Shown here piece after piece: positions 36,414-43,783 of a stretch of DNA of 43,783 bases. The notes beneath the pieces were generated by a model, which did not search any database, had not been told where the DNA came from, and was given only the letters and a program-made list of their open reading frames with translations. The stretch is from Bacteroidota bacterium (GTDB lineage Bacteria > Bacteroidota > Rhodothermia > Balneolales > Balneolaceae): assembly GCA_051746765.1 (NCBI GenBank), contig JBNJFK010000001.1, positions 1 to 43,783 on the forward strand. The letters run 5' to 3'. Both the position numbers and the translations under genes were made by a program. Within the stretch, counting starts at the first letter, position 1, and every line of letters starts with the position of its first letter.

Positions 36414-37180
36414 TTCGACTCTGCATTATTCTTCTGATCAGTTTCTCCCTGGCAAAGGTGGGACAGGCCCAACAAGCGCTCTTTGATGAAGCGGCCCAAG
36501 AACTCCAATCAGGTGACTTGGAGCGTGCGCGTTCGCTCTTCCAGCAGCTTGAGACTGAAGGCCATCACACTCCCGAACTGTTCTGGAACCAAGCCATGGT
36601 AGCACTTGAATCAGACTCGTTGGGCCTGGCCAAATATTATCTCCTCCGAACTTCACGATTTGACCACTGGCAGGAGAAATCCGAGCAAGCGCTGAATCAC
36701 CTGGAAGAGATGCTGGCTCGCCGGTCTGCCACACTCCCGCCACTGCCGTGGAACCGCCTGCTCTTACAGCTTCGAGATCAACCCGGTGCTGATCAACTGC
36801 TCTGGACCTCCATCATTCTGTTTCATCTGCTTGTTATCCTCTGGATTATACTTCAACTCAAAGGCCGTAACAGCCGTGCCATACGCATCGGCCTCTACAC
36901 CGCCACAGTTTTCGCATTTGCGCTTTTGCTCTCTTCCGCAGCGATCGAGTGGAGAGAAGTGCAGACAATAACCGGAATTCAAGTGGGGGATCAAACCCCC
37001 GTCTACATACAACCCGACTCGACCAGTGCCGTCATTGCCAACCTCTACGAAGGGTACAGGGTTACCTTTCCAGACAGATCTCCGGCCAGCGACACCCCGT
37101 TCCGTTTTGTTCGTCTCGAAAATGGGCGCACGGGATGGGTCCATCCTCAACAGATTCGAACCTACCAAGGAGCTCCATGA
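36410..37180 (+). CDS. batE: BatE-like TPR / two-TM / SH3-domain protein
   Basis: GTG at 36410 overlaps the batD stop (GTGA) and has GGAGGA at 36400..36405. It has a signal peptide, a TPR-like region and two TM helices. The C-terminal SH3b-like segment reads VYIQPDSTSAVIANLYEGYRV...VRLENGRTGWV. Confidence 0.65.
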   Translation: MIRLCIILLISFSLAKVGQAQQALFDEAAQELQSGDLERARSLFQQLETEGHHTPELFWNQAMVALESDSLGLAKYYLLRTSRFDHWQEKSEQALNHLEEMLARRSATLPPLPWNRLLLQLRDQPGADQLLWTSIILFHLLVILWIILQLKGRNSRAIRIGLYTATVFAFALLLSSAAIEWREVQTITGIQVGDQTPVYIQPDSTSAVIANLYEGYRVTFPDRSPASDTPFRFVRLENGRTGWVHPQQIRTYQGAP

Positions 37181-38571
37181 GTCCGTCCATTGAACCACAA
37201 CTGGCATACATCCAGCAAGAACGCGAGCGATTTCGCGATGAACTGTTTCAGTTTCTCCGAATTGAGAGCATTAGTACAGATCGAGAGAAGACAGACGAAA
37301 TCGTACGTGCTGCCGGTTTTCTGGAACAGAAGATGAATCAGGCCGGACTCTGTCATGTCCGCTGCATGGAGACCGGTGGCCATCCGGTAGTCTATGGAGA
37401 GTGGAAAGAGGATCCATCACTACCTACCGTCCTCATATATGGTCACTATGATGTTCAACCCCCCGACCCATTGGAAGAGTGGAAATCCCCTCCGTTTGAA
37501 CCGACGATTCTGGGAAACAGAGTTTATGCAAGAGGAGCCAGTGACGACAAGGGGCAATCATATACCCATCTGAAAGCGATCGAAACCTGGCTTCAAACGG
37601 CAGGAACCTTGCCTGTGAATGTAAAATGCCTCTTTGAAGGGGAGGAGGAGATCGGGTCGCCTCATTTGATACCATTCATACGCGAACACAGGGAGCTGTT
37701 GGCTTGTGACATGGTATTGATTTCTGACACCGCCATGTTTGACGAAGATCAGCCCTCGATCACCTACGGTCTGAAGGGGCTCACGTATATGGAAATCGAG
37801 GTTCGCGGGCCGAATCGGGATCTGCACTCCGGTGTCTATGGTGGTGGTATCGAGAATCCGGCCTATGCCCTGGCCGTTATCATCTCCAAACTGAAGGACG
37901 AAGATGGTCGTATCTTGATCGACGGGTTCTACGATGATGTCGAAGCACTGACCGATGAAGAGCGAGCCACCATGGCCCGACTCCCGTTCGACGAAGACCG
38001 TTATCGGTCCTCTCTCGATGCTCCGAACTTGCACGGCGAGAAGGGGTATACGACACTGGAACGAACAACCGCTCGGCCAACACTGGATGTAAATGGTCTC
38101 TGGAGTGGCTATCAGGGGAAAGGAGCCAAAACCGTACTCCCTGCACGGGCAGGTGCCAAAATTAGTATGCGCCTCGTTCCAAGCCAACACCCTGATCGAA
38201 TCGCCGAACTGTTTCAAGACTTCGTTGAATCCATTGCACCGAAGACAGTCCATGTATCTATACGCACACACCATGGCGGGCATCCGGTTCGAATCGATCC
38301 CGGGTTCTACGGGATCCAGGCAGCAGCCGAAGCATTCCAGGAAGTCTACGGAAAAGAGGTGCTCTTTTCGAGGGAGGGAGGATCCATCCCGATTGTTGCC
38401 GATTTCATGAACGAATTGAAAGCCCCGTCCGTGTTGATGGGATTCGGACTCTCCAAAGACGCACTTCACTCCCCAAACGAGAGCTTTTCACTGAAAGATT
38501 TTGATCGGGGTATTCAAACCTCCGCTCTCTTTTTGGATCGGCTTCGAATACAGGCAAAGGAGAAAAAGTAG
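37177..38571 (+). CDS. M20-family dipeptidase (CNDP/DUG1-like metallopeptidase)
   Basis: ATG at 37177 overlaps the batE stop (ATGA), with AAGGAG upstream. Motifs are YGHYDVQP, ARGASDDKGQ, EGEEEIGSP and HSPNE. The track ORF start at 36949 lies inside batE. Confidence 0.85.
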   Translation: MSPSIEPQLAYIQQERERFRDELFQFLRIESISTDREKTDEIVRAAGFLEQKMNQAGLCHVRCMETGGHPVVYGEWKEDPSLPTVLIYGHYDVQPPDPLEEWKSPPFEPTILGNRVYARGASDDKGQSYTHLKAIETWLQTAGTLPVNVKCLFEGEEEIGSPHLIPFIREHRELLACDMVLISDTAMFDEDQPSITYGLKGLTYMEIEVRGPNRDLHSGVYGGGIENPAYALAVIISKLKDEDGRILIDGFYDDVEALTDEERATMARLPFDEDRYRSSLDAPNLHGEKGYTTLERTTARPTLDVNGLWSGYQGKGAKTVLPARAGAKISMRLVPSQHPDRIAELFQDFVESIAPKTVHVSIRTHHGGHPVRIDPGFYGIQAAAEAFQEVYGKEVLFSREGGSIPIVADFMNELKAPSVLMGFGLSKDALHSPNESFSLKDFDRGIQTSALFLDRLRIQAKEKK

Positions 38572-38572
38572 A

Positions 38573-38980
38573 TCAAACCGGTTCGCCGGTCGTCAAATCA
38601 AACGAGCTCTCCGGCAACGTTCCATGCAGAACCTGCTTCGGTTCATTCTTCTCGTCCACAATGACGACTCTGGGGGTATGGTCCTGCGCCTCTTCCGGAT
38701 CCATCTGAGCATAGGCGATAACGATGATCCGGTCTCCCGGATGTGCCAGGCGCGCGGCAGCACCGTTCATACAGCAGACCCGGCTTCCGGGTTCACCTGA
38801 AATCGTATAGGTCTCCAGGCGGGATCCGTTGGTAATATTGACCACCTGCACCTTTTCGTAGGGAAGAATACCTGCCCGATCCAGAAGTTCCTGGTCGATC
38901 GTTATACTCCCTTCGTACATCAGGTTTGCTTCCGTCACCGTCAGCTGATGCAGCTTCGATTTGAATAGGGTCAGTTTCAT
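38573..38980 (-). CDS. panD: Aspartate 1-decarboxylase proenzyme
   Basis: MKLTLFKSKLHQLTVTEANLMYEGSITID contains the Gly-Ser self-cleavage site, and ...YTISGE..G.VC.NGAAA is present. ATG at 38980 (the track start at 38989 is TTG). Confidence 0.9.
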   Translation of the reverse strand: MKLTLFKSKLHQLTVTEANLMYEGSITIDQELLDRAGILPYEKVQVVNITNGSRLETYTISGEPGSRVCCMNGAAARLAHPGDRIIVIAYAQMDPEEAQDHTPRVVIVDEKNEPKQVLHGTLPESSFDLTTGEPV

Positions 38981-38985
38981 GGATT

Positions 38986-39840
38986 TCAAATCTTGGGAGA
39001 GAGTAACAGGTTGTCGATCAATCGAGTCTCGCCTATGTAAACAGCTGCAGCGAGCAGATAGTTTCGGCCCGGTACAACCTCGTCTACCGGAATCAGCTCG
39101 TCTGCCGAATAGACTCCAAGATAATCAATTTTGAATCCTTTTTCCTCCAACTCGCGCTTCTGATGTTCAACCAACAAGGAGGGATCCGACACCCCCTGTT
39201 CGATTTGATGGGCAATGTAACGAAGAGAACGATAGAGGGAAGGGGCAACAAGGCGCTCCTGGTTACTCAAGTAACTGTTCCGGCTACTCAAGGCCAATCC
39301 GTCATTGGCACGAATAATTTCGGCCATCCGCAAACGCACAGGATGGTTGAACTCACGAACCATCCGGGAGATGATTTGATATTGCTGAAAGTCTTTCTGA
39401 CCGAAAATGGCTACATCCGGTTCAACGATATTGAACAGCTTATTGACGACAAGAAGAATCCCTTCGAAAAAGCCGGGACGACTCGCCCCGCAAAGGTGTT
39501 CATTGAGACTCCGAATTTCGATGGAGAGCTGGGGATCGGCGGGATACATATCCGATGAATCGGGGTGGAAGACTGCGGCTGTTCTCAGTTTTCTGCACTT
39601 CTTCAGGTCGTCGTCCAGTGTCCGGGGATAGGTCTTGTAATCTTCACCGGGCCCGAACTGCGTCGGATTGACAAATATGGATACGACGACCCGGTCTACC
39701 TCCTCGCGAAGTTGACGGATCAGGTGCAGATGCCCCTCGTGAAGTGCTCCCATTGTCGGAACCAACCCCACTGTTAGTCGCTCCCGTTTCCAGAGTCGCA
39801 CGGTGCTTCTGATCTCGTCAATGGAGCCGGTTACCAACAT
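38986..39840 (-). CDS. panC: Pantoate--beta-alanine ligase
   Basis: VPTMGALHEGHLHLI (HIGH-like), FVNPTQFGPGEDY and FGQKDFQQ. Confidence 0.93.
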   Translation of the reverse strand: MLVTGSIDEIRSTVRLWKRERLTVGLVPTMGALHEGHLHLIRQLREEVDRVVVSIFVNPTQFGPGEDYKTYPRTLDDDLKKCRKLRTAAVFHPDSSDMYPADPQLSIEIRSLNEHLCGASRPGFFEGILLVVNKLFNIVEPDVAIFGQKDFQQYQIISRMVREFNHPVRLRMAEIIRANDGLALSSRNSYLSNQERLVAPSLYRSLRYIAHQIEQGVSDPSLLVEHQKRELEEKGFKIDYLGVYSADELIPVDEVVPGRNYLLAAAVYIGETRLIDNLLLSPKI

Positions 39841-39927
39841 ATCTACTCCCGTACTGTCTTTTCTGCAGAAACCCGGAATACGTCAACACCGGCCTCGAAT
39901 TGCAGAATCGATTCTTAGATTCGGAAT

Positions 39928-41694
39928 TTATATCGGCCGGTTGGCGTCGAAGTTTTCAAGAAGCTCCTTCACCCGACTCAGGTAGGCACCACCGTGAGCT
40001 CCATCGATGATCCGATGATCGTAACTCATGGAAATAAACATCATGTTTCGAATCGCAATGACATCCTGACCACCACTCTCGATTACAACCGGCCTTTTGG
40101 TGATGACTCCTGTTCCGATGATGGCCACTTGTGGCTGATTGATGATGGGAGTGCCCATCAGATTCCCGACACTTCCATAGTTGGTCAACGTAATGGTTCC
40201 GCCAACCAGATCATCCGGTTTCAGATCCTTGTTTCGTGCCTTGTCCGCTACTTCGTGAATTACTTTGGCCAACCCGACCAGGTTTTTCTCCTGTGCCTGC
40301 TTGATGACCGGTACAATCAACCCTCCTTTGCCCCCCTCACCGAGCGCAACAGCCAGACCGAAGTTGATATCCTTTTTCAAATGAATCTCGTCTCCCTCGA
40401 CTGAACTGTTGATCAGTGGAAACTCCTGGATCGCTTGAATAATCGCTTCTACAAAAATAGGTGTATATGTGAGTTTGACCCCGGCCTTCTCCTGGAAACT
40501 GGCCTTGTTCCGATTCCTCCACTCTACAATCGAGGTTACATCCACCTCGGCAAATGTGCTCACATGCGCCGAAGTCTGCTTGGACCGGACCATGTGCTCG
40601 GCAATCATCTTGCGCATCCGATCCATTTTGATCACTTCCACACTCTGCTCGGGCCGCTTGACCTCCAGTTCTCCGGCAGAGATCTTTCCTTTGCTTCCCC
40701 CTTCGGCAGCGGCACGTGCACGTACCATAGACGGATCCTCTGCCGGGCGACTGGTCGCTTCTGACCCGTCACGCTCATTCAACCAAGCGAGTACATCTTC
40801 CTTCGTCACTCGCCCGCCTTTACCACTCCCTTCAATCTGCTCCAACTCGGCTTTGGAAATTCCCTCCTCCTTCGCAATCGAACGTACCAACGGAGAGTAG
40901 AATCGTCCGTCATCTCCTGTCGAAGAGATCTCTTCACTGCTGCGAGATGGTGCCGTTTCGGCTGGTTCATCGCTAGTATCCTTACCGGATCCCTCCTCTG
41001 AGATCGTAGCCGCAGCAGCGGCTCCGGAAGCAGTCGCGGCAGCTTCCCCTTTTGAAATCACGGCGATCGTCTGTCCCACTTCGACCGTGTCCCCCTCATT
41101 TGCCAGAATCTCGATCAAAATTCCACTCTCGGGAGACGGAACCTCCGTATCGACCTTGTCGGTCGCAATTTCGAGAAGAGTCTCGTCTACTTCGACGGTA
41201 TCCCCGACACTCTTGGACCACTCAATGACCGTTCCTTCCATTACGGATTCGCCCATCGCCGGCATCACCACGTCAATCCGTTCGCCATCGGTCTCACCCG
41301 ATCCCGCAGGTGCGGGGGCTTCATTCTCTCGCTCCTCTTCCGACGGGTCACTGTTCTCGTCCGATTGTTCCTCTTCTGTCTCTTCCGTCTCTGTCGGAGC
41401 CTCTTCAGATTCCCCGGTTTCAGCATCTGACGTGGCCTCAGCAGCCTTCTCGGCATCCGTCTCGATCACAGCGATGGCTTGCCCGACCTCGATCGTATCC
41501 CCTTCACCGGCCAAAATCTCGATCAAAATCCCACTCTCGGGAGACGGAACCTCCGTATCGACCTTGTCGGTCGCAATTTCGAGAAGAGTCTCATCCACTT
41601 CAATCGAGTCTCCGATCTCCTTGCTCCACTCGATGACCGTTCCTTCCATTACGGATTCGCCCATTTGGGGCATCACTACTTCGACCTTGGCCAT
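39928..41694 (-). CDS. 2-oxo acid dehydrogenase E2 component (dihydrolipoamide acyltransferase) with two lipoyl domains
   Basis: It has two lipoyl domains (each with LLEIATDKVDTEVPSP), Ala/Glu/Ser linkers, an E1/E3-binding domain (YSPLVRSIAKEEGI...GSGKGGRVTKEDV) and a catalytic domain ending SMSYDHRIIDGAHGG. No E1 or E3 gene is adjacent. Confidence 0.9.
   Translation of the reverse strand: MAKVEVVMPQMGESVMEGTVIEWSKEIGDSIEVDETLLEIATDKVDTEVPSPESGILIEILAGEGDTIEVGQAIAVIETDAEKAAEATSDAETGESEEAPTETEETEEEQSDENSDPSEEERENEAPAPAGSGETDGERIDVVMPAMGESVMEGTVIEWSKSVGDTVEVDETLLEIATDKVDTEVPSPESGILIEILANEGDTVEVGQTIAVISKGEAAATASGAAAAATISEEGSGKDTSDEPAETAPSRSSEEISSTGDDGRFYSPLVRSIAKEEGISKAELEQIEGSGKGGRVTKEDVLAWLNERDGSEATSRPAEDPSMVRARAAAEGGSKGKISAGELEVKRPEQSVEVIKMDRMRKMIAEHMVRSKQTSAHVSTFAEVDVTSIVEWRNRNKASFQEKAGVKLTYTPIFVEAIIQAIQEFPLINSSVEGDEIHLKKDINFGLAVALGEGGKGGLIVPVIKQAQEKNLVGLAKVIHEVADKARNKDLKPDDLVGGTITLTNYGSVGNLMGTPIINQPQVAIIGTGVITKRPVVIESGGQDVIAIRNMMFISMSYDHRIIDGAHGGAYLSRVKELLENFDANRPI
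41057..41694. repeat. Tandem intragenic duplication (408-bp period) encoding the two lipoyl domains of the E2 gene
   Basis: 41057..41286 aligns with 41465..41694 at a constant 408-nt offset. The alignment includes a 62-nt perfect block (ccactctcgggagacggaacctccgtatcgaccttgtcggtcgcaatttcgagaagagtctc) and a 32-nt perfect block (atgaccgttccttccattacggattcgcccat). Confidence 0.9.
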
Positions 41695-41935
41695 GTTGGT
41701 TCGTCTATTGGGTTGAAATCAATCATTTTTGTGGATCCGAAAGACCCTCTCAGTCGTCCTCAAAAGATAGAAATAAATATACTAATAACTGAACAGAGAT
41801 CTCCCCCAATAAAGAGCCCTTGAGATCCATCGACGCACGATTCAGACCCCTTTTTACCCACTTTCACCATTCCAAAAAAAATAACGTATATTGCTGTTCG
41901 ACAGATTGGATCGAACACCAACCGAATACGTCATC

Positions 41936-42361
41936 GTGCAGCGATCACTTCCCAGACGAGTGTGGAACACCGCAGGACAATTGTTGATCCTGCTGCTTCT
42001 TGTCCCGGCGATTGCCGAGCCAGCACCTGGCCGCATGTCCGAGTCGACTCATTCCGTAGAGTCGACAGACCGCTCTCCGGAGACGACACACGACTGTTGT
42101 CCGACCGATGACGAATCGGCTCCCGACAAAGAGAGTCGGGACAGTCACTGCACGGGCACATACTTTTGTACTTGCACCCTGAAGGCGACACCTGCATCCA
42201 AAGGGGTGGTACCAGCACCGGATCAACCACTGACCGACCATGTCGACACTGTGGAAGATCTGCTCCCCGTCCCCTCCAATGATCTCCTGTCAAATGAGTT
42301 GAGATCTCTTCCAGGATCACCACCGCCTATCTGGCTGGCACATCAAGCAATTCTGAACTAG
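41936..42361 (+). CDS. Hypothetical small secreted Cys/His-rich protein (possible metal-binding accessory of the downstream heavy-metal pump)
   Basis: The track ORF 41891..42361 starts at TTG. An in-frame GTG at 41936 gives a signal peptide MQRSLPRRVWNTAGQLLILLLLVPAIA/EP (alternatives: GTG at 41960, ATG at 42035). The mature part contains HDCCPTDD and SHCTGTYFCTC. I recognise no family. Confidence 0.4.
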   Translation: MQRSLPRRVWNTAGQLLILLLLVPAIAEPAPGRMSESTHSVESTDRSPETTHDCCPTDDESAPDKESRDSHCTGTYFCTCTLKATPASKGVVPAPDQPLTDHVDTVEDLLPVPSNDLLSNELRSLPGSPPPIWLAHQAILN

Positions 42362-42445
42362 ACGCTCGTCCCACATCCGACGACAGCTCTTTACATTCTG
42401 CGATCGTTCGTGACGTCCGGTGGTGCCCCTTCGGGTAATTCCCGT

Positions 42446-42457
42446 CATATGCATATG
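42446..42457. promoter_or_regulatory. Perfect 12-bp palindrome CATATGCATATG in the spacer upstream of cusA/czcA (candidate operator)
   Basis: Read directly from the sequence. It is flanked by a direct TCATAT repeat (42445..42450 and 42461..42466). No regulator gene is seen in the window. Confidence 0.25.
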
Positions 42458-42608
42458 TAGTCATATACACCAATCGAACACGTTCGCAGACCTACACAGC
42501 TGTTGTCTGACACTCACCTCGAAACAACAGATCCAAACCGGTGAATGACCCATCGGTTTCGCCCGTCTGAATGGACGGTGCGACAGCCTTTTGAATACGA
42601 GACGAAAA

Positions 42609-43783
42609 ATGATTCGTTTTTTTCTGGAAAATAAACTCATCTCCCTGCTGCTTTTCCTTGCACTGGCGGGCTGGGGAATATCCACTGCTCCATTCGACTG
42701 GAATATTGACATCCTTCCACGTGATCCCGTGCCGGTCGATGCAATTCCGGATATTGGTGACAATCAGCAGATTGTATTCACCGAGTGGCCCGGACGTTCT
42801 CCTCAGGATATCGAGGACCAGATCACCTATCCGTTAACAACACAATTACTGGGTATTCCCGGGGTAAAAACGGTTCGAAGCAACTCTGTATTCGGGTTTT
42901 CATCCATCAATATCATTTTTGAGGAAGATATTGAATTCTACTGGAGCCGCTCCCGGATCCTGGAAAAATTGAACTCCTTGCCCGGGGGGACACTGCCCGC
43001 GGGCGTCCAGCCGGCCCTCGGACCGGACGCCACCGCTCTCGGACAAATTTTTTGGTATACACTTGAAGGCCATGACTCTGACGGAAATCCGACCGGTGGT
43101 TGGGATCCACACGAACTTCGATCCATTCAGGATTTCCAAGTACGGTATGCACTGAACGCAGTTGAAGGTGTAGCCGAGGTCGCCAGCATCGGCGGATTTG
43201 TAAGAGAGTATCAGGTCGATATTGATCCGACCGCCATGCGCGAAGCCGATATAACGGTGACCGATATTGCAAATGCCGTTCGAAAGAGCAATCTCGATGT
43301 GGGCGCCCGTACGATCGAAATGAATCAGATTGAGTATCTCGTCAGAGGACTGGGATACATAGAATCAGTTGAAGATCTGGAAGAGAGTGTCATTACTTCG
43401 CGAAACAATACTCCTGTTCGGATCAAGGATGTAGCACAAGTAGAACTCGGGCCTGCCCAGCGCCGGGGCGCACTCGATAAAGTCGGTGCGGAAGCCGTGG
43501 GTGGTGTGGTTGTTGCTCGCTATGGAGAAAATCCTCTCAAGGTCATCAACAGTGTAAAAGAGGAGATCGAACGGGTTTCAGCCGGATTGCCTACAAAGGA
43601 GCTATCCGACGGCACGATTTCTCAAGTGAAAATTGTGCCCTTTTATGATCGCACCGGACTTATTTACGAGACACTTGGCACTCTTGAAGAGGCCTTGTCT
43701 CTGCAGCTTCTGATCACCATCATTGTCATCATCATAATGGTGATGCACCTGCGAACTTCCCTTGTAATTTCGGCACTTCTTCC
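42609..43783 (+). CDS. CusA/CzcA-family heavy-metal efflux RND permease (3' partial, runs off the window end; absent from the ORF track)
   Basis: The ATG at 42609 opens a frame with no stop to the window end. The translation MIRFFLENKLISLLLFLALAGWGISTAPFDWNIDILPRDPVPVDAIPDIGDNQQIVFTEWPGRSPQDIEDQITYPLTT...ALGPDATALGQIFWYTLEG...VAEVASIGGFVREYQVDIDP...GAEAVGGVVVARYGENP is the CzcA/CusA N-terminal pattern. Confidence 0.9.
   Translation, partial: MIRFFLENKLISLLLFLALAGWGISTAPFDWNIDILPRDPVPVDAIPDIGDNQQIVFTEWPGRSPQDIEDQITYPLTTQLLGIPGVKTVRSNSVFGFSSINIIFEEDIEFYWSRSRILEKLNSLPGGTLPAGVQPALGPDATALGQIFWYTLEGHDSDGNPTGGWDPHELRSIQDFQVRYALNAVEGVAEVASIGGFVREYQVDIDPTAMREADITVTDIANAVRKSNLDVGARTIEMNQIEYLVRGLGYIESVEDLEESVITSRNNTPVRIKDVAQVELGPAQRRGALDKVGAEAVGGVVVARYGENPLKVINSVKEEIERVSAGLPTKELSDGTISQVKIVPFYDRTGLIYETLGTLEEALSLQLLITIIVIIIMVMHLRTSLVISALL

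Noticed and set aside
37558-38469. 303-aa minus-strand ORF
   Set aside because: It is antisense to the M20 dipeptidase, which carries the canonical metal-binding motifs on the plus strand.
41087-41716. 209-aa Ser-rich plus-strand ORF, plus ORFs 20103..20882 and 5953..6534 on the plus strand
   Set aside because: They are antisense shadows of the E2, RND and ileS genes respectively. The internal repeat in 41087..41716 simply mirrors the lipoyl-domain duplication.
1-43783. Scan for CRISPR arrays, IS elements, integrases, toxin-antitoxin pairs, restriction-modification or other defence-island signatures, and long direct or inverted repeats
   Set aside because: None was found by eye. The only substantial repeat is the intragenic lipoyl-domain duplication. 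Gene content is housekeeping and syntenic, so I do not claim a defence or mobile system here.

Overview
This looks like a core-chromosome window with about 40 protein genes and one tRNA. I found no rRNA, CRISPR array, transposase, integrase, phage gene or recognisable defence gene. Several gene families and syntenies point to an FCB-group bacterium (Bacteroidota/Rhodothermota/Balneolota-like): ileS-dksA-like-lspA, a DUF4292-like lipoprotein with an EnvC-like protein, DUF4293, batC/D/E, and the bacillithiol genes bshA and ypdA. Strongly acidic linkers hint at a halophile. Both the taxon and the halophily are inference only.

Gene content, left to right:
- fadB/J-type 3' end, yajC, ribB fusion
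- lspA, dksA-like and ileS (minus strand)
- LMW-PTP overlapping a fructosamine-kinase gene, then a lipoprotein and an EnvC-like activator
- a membrane protein, ypdA, tRNA-Ala(GGC), a Pal-like lipoprotein, an orphan ABC ATPase and a SPOR lipoprotein
- a STAS plus GAF-PP2C pair, mltF and DUF4293
- a tolC-MFP-RND efflux operon, then pyrR-pyrB, sucC, yceI and a Na/Pi-PhoU transporter
- bshA, then yebC-batC-batD-batE-M20 dipeptidase as one overlapping unit
- panD-panC, a two-lipoyl E2 acyltransferase, a small Cys-rich secreted ORF, and the 5' part of a cusA/czcA-type pump

The ORF track misses the cusA/czcA pump because it has no stop codon inside the window.

I do not see a clear-cut novel multi-gene system. 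The best candidates for a second look are:
1. The 1270-aa RND permease, which carries six extra predicted TM helices between TM6 and TM7.
2. The Cys/His-rich secreted ORF plus a 247-nt palindrome-bearing spacer in front of cusA/czcA.
3. The yebC-batCDE-dipeptidase unit, which lacks moxR, DUF58 and batA/B.
4. The kinase-less STAS/GAF-PP2C pair.
5. A terminator-like hairpin in the ileS leader.

All product calls come from my own motif recognition. No database search was run.
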